From: Promethearchaeota archaeon
GTDB taxonomy: Archaea > Asgardarchaeota > Heimdallarchaeia > Hodarchaeales > Hodarchaeaceae
DNA: 64,000 nt
Assembly: GCA_048938105.1 (NCBI GenBank)
Contig: JBHLMN010000024.1
Location: forward strand, 22,413 to 86,412
Reading direction: 5' to 3'
Notes under the pieces: model-generated
What the model saw: only the letters and a program-made list of their open reading frames with translations
Told to the model about the DNA's origin: nothing
The model's database searches: none
Shown here: piece by piece, positions 33,101 through 42,046 of the stretch
How the letters are laid out: each line of letters starts with the position of its first letter
Position numbering within the stretch: position 1 is the stretch's first letter
Program-made: the position numbers and the translations under genes

Positions 33101-33246
33101 GATATTCCCATTTAGATCTTGCTGGATTAGTGTGGTTTCTTCTCTCTTTTGGAGATCAAGGTTTACCTCCTGACACCTCTCAATCTCTTTGATTTTTATT
33201 GTTTCTTTTGTTGGCTTTGAATAATGCTCTTTCTCTATTTTTGATT
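30116..33246 (-). CDS. 5'-truncated giant protein with PD-(D/E)XK-like motif; possible orphan effector cassette
   Basis: Frame stays open upstream of the annotated GTG (ESKIEKEHYSKPTKETIK...) up to the AcnX fragment, with no ATG; Gln/Glu-rich start; GVDGMVI...LWEIKR motif. Confidence 0.6.
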
Positions 33247-33612
33247 CACGCCCATTTTCCTGAATGTTTTTACTACACGAAGTTGGTTTTTCCCGAATTC
33301 CTCACTGATGGCTAATTTTTTTCCATTCTTCAAGATCCATTCTGTACCAAAGTCAATAGACTAAGATTTTCCAGCAGGATTAAGAATGGTAAAAATTCGT
33401 ACTTTACCATCAATAGCCATTTCAGCTAACCATTCTAGGCCTGGTTCATTTAAGTTTGCATAACTTACACCTGCAATCTGAACCGAAGTTATGTCTATCA
33501 AGCGCTTAGCACCGTATATCTCACCAAGCGCGACTAATATTTCCATAGCTTTTTGTGTGGCTTTTCCATATTTCCCTGCTGCCATATCTTGTTCTTCAGG
33601 AGTTTGTTCCAT
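33247..33612 (-). pseudogene. Inverted, degenerate 5' copy of the AcnX/PMDh large subunit gene
   Basis: MEQTPEEQDMAAGKYGKATQ near-identical to the 28499 gene; 29-bp insertion 33341-33369; extra A in an A-run; homology continues (ISEEFGKNQLRVVKTFRKMGV) to ~33247. Confidence 0.9.
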
Positions 33613-33850
33613 TTTCTTTATCTACTTATTTTCTTGAATCTATTTTATTTAATTTAAGTTGGAGAAAATGACGAATTAATTTATTTATCTATTGGTATTT
33701 TCTGATAGTGTAAAGAAATATTAGCTTTAATGACCCTTTTCTAAAAGGAGTATATACAAAAATTATATCTAGAATGATGTTTACAATAGAATAACGAAAT
33801 AAATATTAAAATAAAAAGGAATACTACGTTATAGTGACATTAGTGTAATA

Positions 33851-33955
33851 ATAATAAGCAAAATTCCCTGTGTAGATCAAATTGATACAACTAAAATAAC
33901 AACTGGATCGAAAATAGTCCTAGATGCCAGCACTGGCGTGGTTGAAGTAGAATAG
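33851..33955 (+). pseudogene. 3' remnant of a second PMDh small-subunit gene
   Basis: IISKIPCVDQIDTTKITTGSKIVLDASTGVVEVE* aligns with IISSIPCVDQIDVTQIKTGMNLTVDGDKGEVVIK*. Confidence 0.85.
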
Positions 33956-34047
33956 ATCGGAAATTTCATCTTCAACTAATCACCATTTCCTCCTTTTTCA
34001 CAAGATAATAGGAAAAGCTGGTAATATTATTGAAGGTGTGAAATCTT

Positions 34048-34620
34048 GTGAAGCCAAAGAAAATAATTGTCGGGTTAACTGGTGCTTCTGGAATACAATA
34101 CGGAATCGAAGTTATCAAAGCCTTGGTAGAAAGTAAAATCGAAACTCATGTTATTTTGAGTAAATGGGCAGAATTTGTACTTCAAGATGAAGTGGGTATT
34201 AAAAGCTCAGAAATTAAAAAAATGGCTTTTCAAGCATATAATAGTAAAGAGATGAATGCACCTCTTTCTAGTAGCTCAACATTGATAGATGGAATGGTAG
34301 TTATACCAGCTACAGTGAAAACAGTAAGTAATATCGCTACTGCGAATACTGGAAATTTGATCTCCCGAGCAGCAGACATAATGCTGAAAATGCGACGACC
34401 GTTGATCATTGGAATCCGTGAGACTCCTCTAAGCCCACCTTGCCTTCATAATCTGTCCCAGTTAGCTATTTATGGGGCAATTATTCTTCCGTTAAGTCCA
34501 GGATTCTATCATAAACCTCAAAATATTCAGGATTTGTTTGATTTTATAACTGGGAAAGTTTTAGATTGTTTAAATGTTCCAAATGAAAAATATCGACGTT
34601 GGAACAAAAAGGAGCCTTAA
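34048..34620 (+). CDS. ubiX: Flavin prenyltransferase
   Basis: IVGLTGASG, NLISRAAD, RETPL, PGFYHKP. Confidence 0.93.
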   Translation: MKPKKIIVGLTGASGIQYGIEVIKALVESKIETHVILSKWAEFVLQDEVGIKSSEIKKMAFQAYNSKEMNAPLSSSSTLIDGMVVIPATVKTVSNIATANTGNLISRAADIMLKMRRPLIIGIRETPLSPPCLHNLSQLAIYGAIILPLSPGFYHKPQNIQDLFDFITGKVLDCLNVPNEKYRRWNKKEP

Positions 34621-34626
34621 AAAGAC

Positions 34627-35760
34627 ATGGAAACGGAGTATAAGGTTGTTAAAGATATCCTTGAGAAAAAGGCCAATTTAACCTCTGACAGAAAGTTAGC
34701 GCATATCCAAATCTGCTTGGAACACGACGTTCAAGCCCGAAACACTACAACAGGTCTGGAAGACATTTCTTTTGTTCATCATGCAACAACTGATTTGAAT
34801 CTTGATGAAATTGATTTATCGGTCAAGATTTTTAATAAAAAACTCTCTGTTCCCTTAATCATTTCAGGGATGACTGGAGGCCATGATTTTGCCCATAAGC
34901 TGAATGCTTTCTTATCTCAAGCAGTTAATCAAACCAATATTGGTATGGGAGTCGGTAGTCAGCGGGCAGCGTTAGAAAATGAAGAAGTGAAAGAATCTTT
35001 TAACGTTGTCAGAGAACATGCTCCCGACTCATTAATTATTGGAAATATCGGAGCAGGCCAAATAGCTCAAGGGCTTACTAATGTTCAATTCCAAGAAATC
35101 ATCAATATGATTAACGCTGATGCTGTTGCGGTGCATTTTAATCCCCTTCAGGAGGCGATCCAACCTGAAGGTGACACCCAATTAAGAGGCCTGCATGAAA
35201 AAATTGAACAAATAATACACGAACATTCAGTCCCCCTAATTGCCAAGGAGGTGGGCTCAGGGTTTAGTCTTCACGATATTAAGCAAGCCAAGAAGATGGG
35301 GTTCAAAGCAATTGATATTCAAGGAGCTGGAGGAACCTCGTGGGCTGGAGTGGAAGCCATTCGGACACTTATACCGAAGTATAAGGACGCTGGTGAAGTT
35401 TTCTGGGATTGGGGAGTCCAAACAGCTCTCAGTACAATATTAGCTACAAAGAATTTTGAGGGAATCATCATTGGTTCGGGTGGGATAAGAAATGGATTAG
35501 ATATTGCGAAATTAATTGCCTTGGGAGCAGATGCAGCAGGGATGGCTATTCCATTTTTATTTGCAGTTCAGAAACACTCTACAGAGGCAGTTGTGCAGAA
35601 AATTGAAGAGATAACCTATCAGCTAAAATTGGCTTGTTTTCTTACTGGTTCTCAGAATGTCTTAGATTTAAAAAAAGCCCCTCTTGTAATTACTGGGAAA
35701 ACAGCCGAACTTCTGAAACTCCATGGAGTCGATCCCTCAACCTATTATTCTAGAGAATAA
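34627..35760 (+). CDS. fni: Type 2 isopentenyl-diphosphate isomerase
   Basis: RKLAHI, SGMTGG, GVGSQR, HFNPLQE.IQPEGD, KEVGSG, GAGGTSW, WGV. Confidence 0.96.
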   Translation: METEYKVVKDILEKKANLTSDRKLAHIQICLEHDVQARNTTTGLEDISFVHHATTDLNLDEIDLSVKIFNKKLSVPLIISGMTGGHDFAHKLNAFLSQAVNQTNIGMGVGSQRAALENEEVKESFNVVREHAPDSLIIGNIGAGQIAQGLTNVQFQEIINMINADAVAVHFNPLQEAIQPEGDTQLRGLHEKIEQIIHEHSVPLIAKEVGSGFSLHDIKQAKKMGFKAIDIQGAGGTSWAGVEAIRTLIPKYKDAGEVFWDWGVQTALSTILATKNFEGIIIGSGGIRNGLDIAKLIALGADAAGMAIPFLFAVQKHSTEAVVQKIEEITYQLKLACFLTGSQNVLDLKKAPLVITGKTAELLKLHGVDPSTYYSRE

Positions 35761-36507
35761 TAGCCAAAACAATCCTTGCTTGCGTAACTACAAATCTAAT
35801 TTATTCCTACATCTTATCTTATGTTTATGAGTATTAAATCCATCTATGATTTATTACCAGACGAATTAGGTTTCGAAAAGGAATCGCGAATGTCTATTAA
35901 ACAAATTCCTCTCTTTTTGTCATAAATCCCGAATATAATTTATTGATGGTTTTTAATTCAGAAAATACATAATTAAAAATGGTTCCAAAGGTTTTTATAG
36001 ATCTTATAACCTTTAATCAGCCATTAATACTGTATATCAGTAAGCTGGTCTTTTTCCCATGTATTTTCTACTCGATCTCGATTTTCAATATTTTAAGTGA
36101 AGTTAACTATAAAAAATAAATTATTTATGACTATACTTTCCTTATAACCGCATTAAAATAGTTTAACATCAAAATTAAACTATATTCATATATGAAATAT
36201 AAATATTTTATAGTAATTTGTTACTATTATAGTTGTATTATTTATATATATTAGGTTTAATATATACAAAAAGTTAATAAAGAAACTCTGGAATATCTAC
36301 TTGTATTGGAAAATCAATATTTCTCTTATGCTTAATTCTTAGAGAAAAAATCTCGTAGAAAAGAGATACAGTTCTAATTTCCTAAGAAATTATCATTTTG
36401 ATTAGCATTTCTTTTCTTAACAAAATAAATAGCAAATAAAAAACAATTTATTTACTAAATTAGCTTTTAAGGAATAAGAATTATTTAAAACTAACAGGAG
36501 GCTTCAT

Positions 36508-37656
36508 ATGAGAAATAAAAGGATTCAAGACAGCTCTATATCTATTCTCGGCTTAGGAAATGGAGGACATGCTTTTGCAGCTTATGCTAAATCAAAAGGC
36601 TATAAAGTTAAGATTTGGAATCGATCTACTTCTGTTCTTGAAGCGATAAAAGAGAATAAAGGTATTACATCCTCAGGATTATTGGAGGGACATTTTGACA
36701 TTGATGTAGTATCACATTCAATTTATGAAGTGATTAGAGAAAGTAAGATAATAATAGTGGTAACGACCGCTAATGCGCATAAAGAAATAGCAACAAGAAT
36801 TGCTCCTTATTTGGATGATAATCAAATCGTTGTTTTAAATCCAGGGCGAACTGGAGGTGCAATTGAAGTTAGAAATGCCATCCGAAACAATAATGGCCCT
36901 TTTAAACCACAAATAGTAGAAGCTCAATCTCTTCTATTTGTGTCTCGATGCTCAAAACCCAGCCAAGTAACAATTTCAGGGATAAAAAGAAGAGTACCAG
37001 TTTCAGCATTTCCATCCTGTGATAATAATCAAGTCATACCTTTCTTAAAAGACCTTAATAGTGCTTTTTGGGAAACGGAGTCTGTGTTGAACACTTCTTT
37101 TGATAATATTGGTGCGATATTTCACCCAACTCCTTTATTATTGAATGTTGCTAGATGTGAGGATCCAAAAGTTAATTATCGACATTATATTGACGGTGTT
37201 TCCCCCTCTGTTGCTTCTTTCTTAGAAAAAATGGACAATGAACGAGTAGCTATAGCAGATGCTTACGGAGTACAAGCAATTGCTTTAAAAAAATGGTTAA
37301 ATACAGTCTATGGAAGCAATGGAAGTACTCTATATGAAACCATTCATAATACGAAAGAATATCAGAACGTTATGGCACCATCAACATTAAATGTCCGTTA
37401 TATATTTGAAGATATTCCAACAGGTTTAATTCCGTTATCTAGCTTTGGAGATGAAGCTGAAGTTCCGACTCCTTTCATTGATGCTATTATTAATTTGGCT
37501 AATTGTATGTTCAATAAGGATTATAGAGCTCTTGGTAGAACTGTTGAGTCATTAGAGCTCAATAAAATTCCATCCTACCTATTAAAAGAGTATATGACTC
37601 TTGGTGATGAATTCTATATCGAAATAATGAAACGGGAGAGTGTATTAGAGGAATGA
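36508..37656 (+). CDS. NAD/NADP octopine/nopaline (opine) dehydrogenase family protein
   Basis: GLGNGG Rossmann, LNPGRTGGA, NIGAIFHP, RYIFEDIPTGL. Confidence 0.9.
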   Translation: MRNKRIQDSSISILGLGNGGHAFAAYAKSKGYKVKIWNRSTSVLEAIKENKGITSSGLLEGHFDIDVVSHSIYEVIRESKIIIVVTTANAHKEIATRIAPYLDDNQIVVLNPGRTGGAIEVRNAIRNNNGPFKPQIVEAQSLLFVSRCSKPSQVTISGIKRRVPVSAFPSCDNNQVIPFLKDLNSAFWETESVLNTSFDNIGAIFHPTPLLLNVARCEDPKVNYRHYIDGVSPSVASFLEKMDNERVAIADAYGVQAIALKKWLNTVYGSNGSTLYETIHNTKEYQNVMAPSTLNVRYIFEDIPTGLIPLSSFGDEAEVPTPFIDAIINLANCMFNKDYRALGRTVESLELNKIPSYLLKEYMTLGDEFYIEIMKRESVLEE

Positions 37657-39377
37657 GCAATAAAAACCTCATATTATGCGCCACATTAGGTTCTTGTGTT
37701 CATGTTGCTGGTGTATTTAATTTTATGCGGATTGCACGACAACAAGGTTATGAAACATCGTTTTTACGCCCCCCAAACACAATTGAAGATATTATCACAG
37801 AAATTATTAAACTAGATCCTGAAATTATTGCTTTAAGCTATCGTTTAACACCTGAAGCATGTGTTGAGATTGTAAAGGAACTTTATGACAAGATCACACC
37901 TGAAATAAGAAAGAAAAAGTGGATCTTTGGGGGTACTAGTCCTGTGTGTAATGCTGTTAGGCGACTGGGTGTATTTAACAAACTTTTTGGTGGAAATACA
38001 ACAGAAAAAGACGTTCTCAGATATTTAAGAAATTCCTTATCCTCTCCAGAAGAAAAAAATTCTTTTCCAAATAATTTAATTGAGCGAATAGAATTATATT
38101 ATCCTTATCCACTATTACGTGCCCACTTTGGCATTCCTTCCGTTGAAAAAACCCAGAATGGTATCGAAACAATAGCAACAGCTAAAATCATTGATATTAT
38201 CTCAATAGGGCCAGATCAAAATTTTCAAGAACACTTTTTTCGTCCTGAAGAGATGAAGAAATCGGAACAGGGTGCAGGAGGAGTTTCAATTCGTTCAAAA
38301 GAGGATTTAATTGGTTTTTATAAGGCTTCAAGGTGTGGGAATTATCCTTTATTACGTTGTTATTCAGGAACAAGAAATTTAATAAAAATGGCAAAACTGC
38401 TTAAGAAAACAATTAACAATGCCTGGGGAGCCACTCCCTTATTTTGGTATTCTGAATTGGACGGTCGAAGTAGTAGGGTATTGCAGGAAGCAATCAAAGA
38501 GAATCAAGAAAACATGGCCTGGTATGGCGCACATAAAATACCTTTTGAAGCAAATGAATCACATCATTGGAGTCTTCGCTCGGCTCCAGATGCTGTTGCT
38601 GTTGCAGCTGCCTTCCTAGGTGCATACAATGCAAAATTTGCTGGAGTGCAACAATATATTTCCCAAATGATGTTTAATACACCAATTGGTTTAGCACCTA
38701 GATACGATCTAGCAAAAATGTTAGCTAAAACAGAATTGATAGAAAGTTTACATACAAAAAATTTCACTACATATCGTCAGGTTCGTACTGGACTCTTAAG
38801 TTTTCCAGAGGATCCTCATCTTGCGAAAGGACAACTGGCATCTTCTATACAAATTGCTATGTTTATCAAACCACACATTGTCCATGTGGTTAGCTACTGC
38901 GAGGCTGATCATGTAGCAACACCTGAAGATGTGATAGAAAGTGCTAAAATAGCACATAAAGTGATTTCAAATTCTATAAAGGGATTACCTTCAATCTACT
39001 TAGATCAAAAGCTTGAGGCATACAAATCAAGGCTAATATCTGATTGTTATTTGATTCTTCAAGCAATTCAAAAAATCTCAGGAGAATCTGTGAAAGACCC
39101 TTTTACGCATCCATTAACATTAACAAAAGCAGTTAAACTAGGAATTTTCGATGCACCACATCTGAAGGGATCTGATGTAGCGCGTGGAGAGATTCACACT
39201 GCAATAATTGATGGAAGATGTTTGACTGTCGATCCAAATTCGTTTTCTATTTTATCAGAACTAGATCGTTTGAATAGAATTTTAGAAGAGAATGGATACC
39301 CGCTTATCGAAAAAGAATTGGAAAATTATGGAGCTAAACAGTTCTCGAGAAAATCAGTCATGTTACCTCAGATATAG
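37653..39377 (+). CDS. Cobalamin-binding domain fused to a barrel-like catalytic domain, function unknown
   Basis: GSCVHVAG (DxHxxG-like), ALSYRL, FGG B12 motifs; ATGA overlap with the opine dehydrogenase. Confidence 0.8.
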   Translation: MSNKNLILCATLGSCVHVAGVFNFMRIARQQGYETSFLRPPNTIEDIITEIIKLDPEIIALSYRLTPEACVEIVKELYDKITPEIRKKKWIFGGTSPVCNAVRRLGVFNKLFGGNTTEKDVLRYLRNSLSSPEEKNSFPNNLIERIELYYPYPLLRAHFGIPSVEKTQNGIETIATAKIIDIISIGPDQNFQEHFFRPEEMKKSEQGAGGVSIRSKEDLIGFYKASRCGNYPLLRCYSGTRNLIKMAKLLKKTINNAWGATPLFWYSELDGRSSRVLQEAIKENQENMAWYGAHKIPFEANESHHWSLRSAPDAVAVAAAFLGAYNAKFAGVQQYISQMMFNTPIGLAPRYDLAKMLAKTELIESLHTKNFTTYRQVRTGLLSFPEDPHLAKGQLASSIQIAMFIKPHIVHVVSYCEADHVATPEDVIESAKIAHKVISNSIKGLPSIYLDQKLEAYKSRLISDCYLILQAIQKISGESVKDPFTHPLTLTKAVKLGIFDAPHLKGSDVARGEIHTAIIDGRCLTVDPNSFSILSELDRLNRILEENGYPLIEKELENYGAKQFSRKSVMLPQI

Positions 39378-39540
39378 TTCCAGAATGGCTTATACATCTT
39401 TATAAAATTAGAATTCTAATGTTTAATTTATTATAGTATGGAAATCTTATTATTACTAAGGATTGAACTTATTAGACACATGTATGAAACACATACTCAA
39501 AATTTTTCGTAGTATATTTAAAATAATCGATTGGGTAAGA

Positions 39541-40038
39541 ATGGAAACTAGTAACATTATTTTAGGTAAACTGGAAGCTACAGAAGAAGATTTTTTAAAG
39601 TTAAAAAATACCATAAGAACCTATAGAGAAGTTTGTAACTATATCAGCGAGATTGCATACAATGAAGGGTGTTTTAATTCAGTTGCTCTTCATCATTTAA
39701 CTTACAAAGAGGTTAGATTCAAATATAACATTCCAGCGAACCTTGCAGTAAGAGCTAGAGATAAAGTTGTCCTAACATACAAGAAAAATAGGAAAAAGTT
39801 ACATATCTTTAAAAAACTGAGTATTGATCTAGATAGTAGGCTATTAAGCATATCATCAAATAAGGAGGAGGTAGTTATATCAATTGCGACAATAAATAAA
39901 CGGGTAAAATCTAAATTATTAATTGATCCATCACAAAAAGAATTCTTAAAGCACCCTATAGTCAAGGCAAGCTTAAGACTAGAAGCAAATGAGTTTTTCA
40001 TGAGTATTGTCGTCCGGCCAAAGAATGTTAATTCCTGA
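39541..40038 (+). CDS. TnpB/Cas12f-like N-terminal (WED/REC) protein lacking RuvC
   Basis: KLEAT, YREVCNYISE, LHHLTYKEVR..YNIPANLAVRA, F.MSIVV; stop comes before any RuvC-I GxDxG motif. Confidence 0.65.
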   Translation: METSNIILGKLEATEEDFLKLKNTIRTYREVCNYISEIAYNEGCFNSVALHHLTYKEVRFKYNIPANLAVRARDKVVLTYKKNRKKLHIFKKLSIDLDSRLLSISSNKEEVVISIATINKRVKSKLLIDPSQKEFLKHPIVKASLRLEANEFFMSIVVRPKNVNS

Positions 40039-40166
40039 TTTTAACCATCCTCTTGCGGGAAAAACTCTAAAAATGAAGTTTAAAGTCGTAGAAGTTAGCA
40101 ATTAAATAAAATATGGTTAAATGAAATAAAATTCAGGGATAACCCTTTTCATTGTATAATTACAGT

Positions 40167-40451
40167 TTAATACTGGTATACACCTTTCCTAGTTTCTTCA
40201 GAACGGATTTGAACGACTCCTCGATGTATTGCACACGAAACGCAAAAATATCGGATCATTGGAACACGAGGAACACGAGTTCCTTGTCGTCTTAATTCTT
40301 TCCTGATTATTGGATCTACTATTGATTTAAATACTGTTTTTCGTTTTGCCTTATCTCTTGGAACTAGTTGCCCACACGCGGAACATTGGACTTTCTGTGA
40401 TGAACCTTTTTTCCCTTTTGATCTTCCCCTACTTTTTCGTTTCCTTCCCAT
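40167..40451 (-). CDS. rps26e: 30S ribosomal protein S26e
   Basis: KRKSRGRSK, VQCSACG.LVPRDKA, FCVSCAIH. Confidence 0.95.
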   Translation of the reverse strand: MGRKRKSRGRSKGKKGSSQKVQCSACGQLVPRDKAKRKTVFKSIVDPIIRKELRRQGTRVPRVPMIRYFCVSCAIHRGVVQIRSEETRKGVYQY

Positions 40452-40986
40452 TATTATATTACCTCCTTTTTATATTCTTAACCATTATTAAAGATAATCA
40501 AATATCATAGGGGATTAAATGAGACTTATCATTATCTATTAACCTTAAACCTTGGTTTATCAGTGTATAAGGTTATTCTCGATCTCATATCATTAGTAGA
40601 TAGAGAAAAGAATGAAAGATAGGTGTTATTTTTTAAATATTAAAAAACCAAAGTATCAATCCCAAACGATGATTAGATTTCTTTATTGGTTATTACGGAG
40701 TACCAAGAAACCATATTATATATATTTCGTAATTATTCAGAAATTTTAATAAAAAACATAAGATTAATATAGCATTCTATTATAATATTAAAATATCATA
40801 TATGAAAATCACTTTTATAAAGAAAAAAAAGTATATAAAAGCTGAAAAATTCGTATGTCCCAAACAAATCAGTTATACCCAGAATTGAGGTCAAATCATA
40901 CATCGAAATAGACAAGTTAAACCAGATATTTTCTTGATGTGTATTTATTAATTTTTTGACCTACTTAGACTCAAGGATATTTACAA

Positions 40987-41373
40987 ATGTCAGGAATATG
41001 TGGCATAGCGAAGGAAAGGAAAAAAAAAGAAAAAACTCAAATGTTGGATAACCTTGAACATCGGGGAGGTTCAGGGCGAAAAGTAATAGAGACTAATGGC
41101 GTAACGCTCGGAATTGTATACCCAGAGGCACAAAGACACTATGTCGATTATTTTAATTTGCATTGTATTGAAGATGCAATTGGTAATCTTCAATTTGCTA
41201 GGGCTCATATAAATAATGATTCAATTATCTTAGAGCGAGATCCCCTATTACTGAATGGGTGGCTTCTAAATACTAAGGAAGAGTTATTTTACTACAGACT
41301 GTTTCAAGAGAAGTTTGGGGAGCTTAAGGAATTAGATTGGATAGGCCGGACGAAAGGCGCTCCAATAAAGTAG
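40987..41373 (+). pseudogene. Asparagine-synthetase-like gene with large internal deletion
   Basis: N-terminal SGICGI..HRG..RDP joined directly to C-terminal NTKEELFYYRLFQEKFG..GR; synthetase core absent. Confidence 0.65.
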
Positions 41374-41390
41374 TTAATGGGGAAGCAAAG

Positions 41391-41843
41391 ATGGAAGTAT
41401 CAAAAGAAAAAAAGACAAAAAATAAATTTGTTGAAATAGGGAATACAGTGAAAATTAAATATATTGGAAAATTGCACGATAACACCATTTTTGATCAATC
41501 CAAAGGAAATCAACCGTTAAGATTTGAAGTAGGGGTAGGTGAGGTAATAAAAGGCCTTGATGACGCTGTAATTGGAATGGAAATTGGACAAGAGAAAGAA
41601 GTTGAAATACCTCCCCAATTTGGATATGGGGGTTATAATCCAAGAAAGGTTAAAAAGATCCCCAAGGGTATTAAAGAAAGAGATCTAAAAGAAAATTCAG
41701 TAATTGATGTTAAACTAAAAGGTGGACGGTCAGTTCTTGCGACAGTTCTCGAAGTGACTAATAGTTATGTGTTACTTGATTTTAATCATCCTTTAGCTGG
41801 GAAAAAATTGTTTTTTAAAATTAGGCTTTTAGATATTGAATGA
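41391..41843 (+). CDS. FKBP-type peptidyl-prolyl isomerase (SlyD-like)
   Basis: YIGKL, FDQS, VIKGLD, PQFGYG, DFNHPLAGK. Confidence 0.92.
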   Translation: MEVSKEKKTKNKFVEIGNTVKIKYIGKLHDNTIFDQSKGNQPLRFEVGVGEVIKGLDDAVIGMEIGQEKEVEIPPQFGYGGYNPRKVKKIPKGIKERDLKENSVIDVKLKGGRSVLATVLEVTNSYVLLDFNHPLAGKKLFFKIRLLDIE

Positions 41844-42046
41844 TGAATCAATTTATTCTTCTTTCTCAACATTATTAAATTCATTAGCTCAATTGAATAA
41901 TCAAAAATTACATTAAAAAATCCAAATTATAGATAGTAGATGCAAAAAAAATGAATGTTACAAATAGAGAAGAGAAAAAGATAAAAAGTATTGTTATTGA
42001 AATTAGGGAATCTAAGCAAATCATTATTTTATATTATTAATATTTT

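Larger units (their letters stand above)
19925..33850. mobile_element. Putative genomic island / recombination hotspot interrupting the mevalonate operon
   Basis: Non-pathway genes inserted after the UbiD gene; orphan AGGAGG at 19926; duplicated PMDh fragments at 33247-33612 and 33851-33955; no integrase seen. Confidence 0.6.

Noticed and set aside
19925-33850. Provirus or transposon identity for the island
   Set aside because: No capsid, terminase, integrase, transposase, terminal repeats or tRNA att site recognised.
35761-36507. Cobalamin riboswitch upstream of the opine dehydrogenase/B12 operon
   Set aside because: The region is very AT-rich and has no recognisable B12-box or GC-rich stems.
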